Source: Bacilli bacterium (lineage in GTDB: Bacteria; Bacillota_I; Bacilli_A; RFN20; CAG-826). Taken from it: 41,953 nucleotides of DNA. Shown in pieces: positions 38,509-41,953 of the stretch. The stretch covers positions 1-41,953 of the forward strand of contig JAILGI010000038.1 in NCBI GenBank assembly GCA_024696885.1, written 5' to 3'. The translations under genes were made by a program, and so were the position numbers. The number at the start of each line of letters is the position of its first letter. The stretch's first letter is position 1. The notes below the pieces were generated by a model that was not told where the DNA came from, ran no database searches, and was given only the letters and a program-made list of their open reading frames with translations.

Positions 38509-39495
38509 ATGGACGAAAAAAATATCAAAGAATCAACAAATCAAGAAACTATCAAACAAGAAAATCAAGAACCACAACAAACATTTAACCCCGTCATCGA
38601 CATTAAAGCCCTTCAATATGACAAACCATACTATGAAGTAGTCGAAGACGAGAGAAATAATTTGCTATCACAAGCCAAAAAGTCGGGTACCATTTCTCGT
38701 ATTCTTTTGTTTTTGGTTTTAGCGTTAGGAACAGGTGGCATTATCACCTACATGAACGCAATTTATATTGCCGCGGGTATTTGTGCCGGTTTAGCGGTGG
38801 CCCTTTTAATTACGCATTTAATTCTCAGTAAGAGAATTGCTAGACCAGATGAAAAAGGCTACATCAACAATGCTAGTGCTGCAATTGATAGTTTTGTTTT
38901 TAGCGATACTCGTTTTTCTGATGTCTTATTTGACACCACCGCCAAACTTGAATTAGGCGATGTTTATAGTGATGGTGTTTATGCAGGTCTTATTAAAATG
39001 ATTTCTAGAAACCTCGTCACAGGTAAATTCAATGATGCATCATTTAAGATTTGCGAATGCGCCTTACATCAACCGGGTGAAAAGAATAGACCGGAAGCCG
39101 CTTTCATTGGGAAATATATGGTATTTCCTAACTCTTTACACTTTGAAGGCCGCATTCTTTTAATCTCTAAAGGTAAAGAAGATGTTGACTTACCAACCGA
39201 TTTAGATGGTTTAGTACAAGTAGAAGGTGAAGATAAATTCTTTGCTTATGCCCTTAGTGAAAAGTCTTATAAAGAGTTAAGCAAGAAATTTATTTCTGCG
39301 ATTAAAAAGATTGATATTTCTAATCACTTATTGAATCTCAATATTGCTGTTTGGAGTGGAAAAACAATAGTTTACGCTAGCTATGATGATGCGACTATTT
39401 CCTTATCTCCAGCTGAACCATTCAAGCGTGAAGCCCAAGAATCATTCCGTAAGGATCTAATCCAAATTTTAGAAGCTCTAGATCTTATCAAATAG
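38509..39495 (+). CDS. Hypothetical membrane protein (2 TM)
   Basis: 328-aa ORF with two adjacent hydrophobic helices. Confidence 0.7.
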   Translation: MDEKNIKESTNQETIKQENQEPQQTFNPVIDIKALQYDKPYYEVVEDERNNLLSQAKKSGTISRILLFLVLALGTGGIITYMNAIYIAAGICAGLAVALLITHLILSKRIARPDEKGYINNASAAIDSFVFSDTRFSDVLFDTTAKLELGDVYSDGVYAGLIKMISRNLVTGKFNDASFKICECALHQPGEKNRPEAAFIGKYMVFPNSLHFEGRILLISKGKEDVDLPTDLDGLVQVEGEDKFFAYALSEKSYKELSKKFISAIKKIDISNHLLNLNIAVWSGKTIVYASYDDATISLSPAEPFKREAQESFRKDLIQILEALDLIK

Positions 39496-39505
39496 AGGTA
39501 ACGTT

Positions 39506-40033
39506 ATGGATTTAGTGGGTCGTTGGTTAAGCATTGAATGTTTCAAACATAACGGTTCTTTACATCGCTATTGGGACCGTGGTTTAGTTTTGGAAAATAA
39601 TGATGACTATATTGTCATTGCTTCTAAAAAAGCAAAAGTTGTGGAAAACAATGGCCGTTGTTGGTTTACAAAAGAACCCGCGGTAACTATATTCTCCAAA
39701 AAAGAGTGGTGGAACGCTATCTGTATGATTAAAAAAGATGGCATTTGTTTCTACTGCAATATTGCTTCACCTTGTTTAGTAAATAAAGAAGCCATCAAAT
39801 ATATCGATTATGACTTAGATGCTAAGTTATTTCCTAATGGTGAAATACGTGTTTTAGATGAAAAAGAATATGCACATCATCGTGCTTTATATGAATATAA
39901 CGATGAATTAGATACTGTTTTGAAATATCAAACCAGTGTCATCATCGACAGAATGAAAAAGAAAGAATTCCCATTTGAAGATGAATTAATAACTAGTTAT
40001 TTTGACCAATTTCTTCAAATGATTAAAAGATAA
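39506..40033 (+). CDS. DUF402 nucleoside tri/diphosphate phosphatase (YgaC/Ntdp-like)
   Basis: KHNGSLHRYW, WFTKEPA, YCNIASP, YIDYDLD and LDEKEY. Confidence 0.92.
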   Translation: MDLVGRWLSIECFKHNGSLHRYWDRGLVLENNDDYIVIASKKAKVVENNGRCWFTKEPAVTIFSKKEWWNAICMIKKDGICFYCNIASPCLVNKEAIKYIDYDLDAKLFPNGEIRVLDEKEYAHHRALYEYNDELDTVLKYQTSVIIDRMKKKEFPFEDELITSYFDQFLQMIKR

Positions 40034-40034
40034 A

Positions 40035-40487
40035 ATGGAAAAGGTTTTTACAAGTAAAAGTCAAGAAGAAACCATATCTTTAGGCGAGCAATTAGCCCAT
40101 CTTATTCCTAATGGAACTACTTTACTTTTGACCGGTGATTTAGGCGCGGGCAAAACCACTCTTGTGAGAGGAATTGGTAAGGGATTACATATAAAAGACG
40201 TCATCCAATCACCCACTTTTAATATCATGAAAATCTACTTAAAAGCGGATAAACCTTTAATTCATATTGATGCTTATCGTCTCGCTGATATTCCAAATAA
40301 TGATATTGGTTTAGATGAATATATTGGTTACGAAACCGGTATTACCGTTATTGAATGGCCAAATTATATTGAAAACCTAATTCCTAAGAACCATGTTGAA
40401 GTTACGATTGTTAACTTAGGTGATGATAATCGTAAGCTCACCTTTAAAGGTGATAACTTATCATTTTTAGAGGGGGTATCATTATGA
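40035..40487 (+). CDS. tsaE: t6A biosynthesis ATPase TsaE
   Basis: GDLGAGKT, SPTF, HIDAYRL and IEW. Confidence 0.96.
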   Translation: MEKVFTSKSQEETISLGEQLAHLIPNGTTLLLTGDLGAGKTTLVRGIGKGLHIKDVIQSPTFNIMKIYLKADKPLIHIDAYRLADIPNNDIGLDEYIGYETGITVIEWPNYIENLIPKNHVEVTIVNLGDDNRKLTFKGDNLSFLEGVSL

Positions 40488-41068
40488 AATATACCTTGTT
40501 ATTAGATTCATCTAATACCTCTTTAACCGTCGCATTAGCTTCTAATAAAGTTGTTGAATCCATCAGTTATGAAGCTTGGCAAAGCCAATCTGAACACATG
40601 ATTCCAGAAATCAATAATCTCTTAGAGAAATATAATGTCGATAGAAATGATATCGATGGTGTCGTGGTCAGTATTGGACCCGGATCTTACACTGGTGTCC
40701 GTATTGCCTTAACCATCGCTAAAACCATGGCCAGTGCGTTAAAAATCAAACTATACACCGTTTCTTCTCTTCAAATATTGAAGGATGTTAAAAAACCATC
40801 GATTTGCCTTATTAATGCGCGAAGCGACCGTTCATATATAGGTGTGTATGAAAATGAAAAATGTTTGTTACAAGATCAAATCATGACAAATGATGAGGTG
40901 AGAAATTATATTAATAACCACCCAGATTATTCTATCTGTGGTAATACTAAATATCTCCAAATTGATGGACATGTCGCAGATATCGCTAAAGAAATGTTCT
41001 CTTTACTCCCTTATCTAAAACCAAGTGAAGAACCACGTGGTGTTAAACCCGTTTATCTAAAGGACTAA
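40484..41068 (+). CDS. tsaB: t6A biosynthesis protein TsaB
   Basis: GPGSYTGVRI; operon position. Confidence 0.95.
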   Translation: MKYTLLLDSSNTSLTVALASNKVVESISYEAWQSQSEHMIPEINNLLEKYNVDRNDIDGVVVSIGPGSYTGVRIALTIAKTMASALKIKLYTVSSLQILKDVKKPSICLINARSDRSYIGVYENEKCLLQDQIMTNDEVRNYINNHPDYSICGNTKYLQIDGHVADIAKEMFSLLPYLKPSEEPRGVKPVYLKD

Positions 41069-41069
41069 T

Positions 41070-41531
41070 ATGGAACTGTTTTCTATTAGACCAATTGAAG
41101 AAAAAGACATAGATATTATTCTTTCTTTGGAAAACCAATGCTTTTTAGCGCCTTGGAAGAAAGAAAACATCATCTATGAATTAAAAGAAAACCCCGTCAG
41201 CAATCTATGGGGAGTGGAAAGCAATATCTATGGCCTTGTTGGTTATATTGATTATTGGATTACATTTGACTCATCCACAATTTGTCAAATATGTGTTAAT
41301 CCAACACATCAAAGAAAACACCTAGGCTCTATGTTATTGAACGAAGCAATCAAAGATTGTACTGCTCAAAAGGTAAGAAATGTCACTCTCGAAGTGAGAG
41401 AACATAATCTACCTGCAATTAAACTCTATGAAAAGCATGGCTTTGAAAAAGTCATGATTAAAAAAGCATATTACACGAATGGTGATAACGCTGTTTATAT
41501 GATTAAACAAATTCAGGAAGGAGATAAATAA
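41070..41531 (+). CDS. rimI: RimI-family N-acetyltransferase
   Basis: [19 protein letters not shown] and YYTNGDNA. Confidence 0.92.
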   Translation: MELFSIRPIEEKDIDIILSLENQCFLAPWKKENIIYELKENPVSNLWGVESNIYGLVGYIDYWITFDSSTICQICVNPTHQRKHLGSMLLNEAIKDCTAQKVRNVTLEVREHNLPAIKLYEKHGFEKVMIKKAYYTNGDNAVYMIKQIQEGDK

Positions 41532-41953
41532 TGGCTACAATTCTCGCTATTGAATCAAGCTGTGACGAAACTGCTGTTGCAATCATCAAAGATGGCAAAC
41601 TCCTTTCTAATGTCGTTTCCACCCAAATCGAAGTTCACCGTAAATACGGTGGTGTTATGCCCGAGATTGCTTCTCGTTTACATGCTGAAAACATTTCTGT
41701 TGTTTTGGAAGAATCTTTAGAACAAGCTAATGTCTCTTTAGAGGAAGTCGATGCTTTCGCGGTCACACGTGGACCAGGCCTTATAGGCGCGCTTCATGTT
41801 GGATTACAAGCTGCAAAAACGCTCGCAATGTTATATAAAAAGCCACTTATTCCTGTTCATCACCTCGCTGGACACATCTACGCCAATGAATATGTGACAG
41901 AATTAAAATTCCCACTTCTTGCTGTCGTTGTTTCCGGTGGTAATACCGAATTA
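41531..41953 (+). CDS. tsaD: t6A transferase TsaD, 3'-truncated by the window edge
   Basis: [36 protein letters not shown] and VHHLAGH. Confidence 0.97.
   Translation, partial: MATILAIESSCDETAVAIIKDGKLLSNVVSTQIEVHRKYGGVMPEIASRLHAENISVVLEESLEQANVSLEEVDAFAVTRGPGLIGALHVGLQAAKTLAMLYKKPLIPVHHLAGHIYANEYVTELKFPLLAVVVSGGNTEL

Noticed and set aside
1-41953. TGA=Trp recoding (Mollicutes code 4)
   Set aside because: rlmH ends at its conserved YHK with TGA, and long ORFs read through using TGG for Trp.
1-41953. CRISPR array, tRNA/rRNA genes or prophage
   Set aside because: No regularly spaced repeats, no tRNA other than the tmRNA tRNA-like domain, and no phage genes recognised by eye.

Overview
Gene-dense, AT-rich chromosomal segment of a low-GC Gram-positive bacterium, probably a reduced, uncultured Bacilli lineage (inference from gene content; standard genetic code). 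Housekeeping blocks flank it: gdpP-rplI-dnaB-walJ-rlmH and ssrA on the left; ung, TPP riboswitch-thiT and tsaE-tsaB-rimI-tsaD on the right. Between them lies a scattered cell-surface glycan region with two LicD genes, a TarI/IspD-type cytidylyltransferase, a Wzx flippase, a TupA-like ATP-grasp protein and three GT4 glycosyltransferases. An RHS toxin/putative immunity pair interrupts this region. The best candidate for an undescribed system is the operon amidohydrolase / HTH-LicC-LicA / LicC-opine dehydrogenase with a convergent LicD. It may make and transfer an opine-type N-(1-carboxyethyl)-aminoalcohol phosphate instead of phosphocholine. Also seen: an internally deleted IS3-family relic between tmRNA and its terminator, an unannotated 42-aa acidic microprotein with its own signals, a ThiT with an extra N-terminal membrane domain, and several apparently leaderless genes. 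All calls come from motif recognition by eye; no database search was run.
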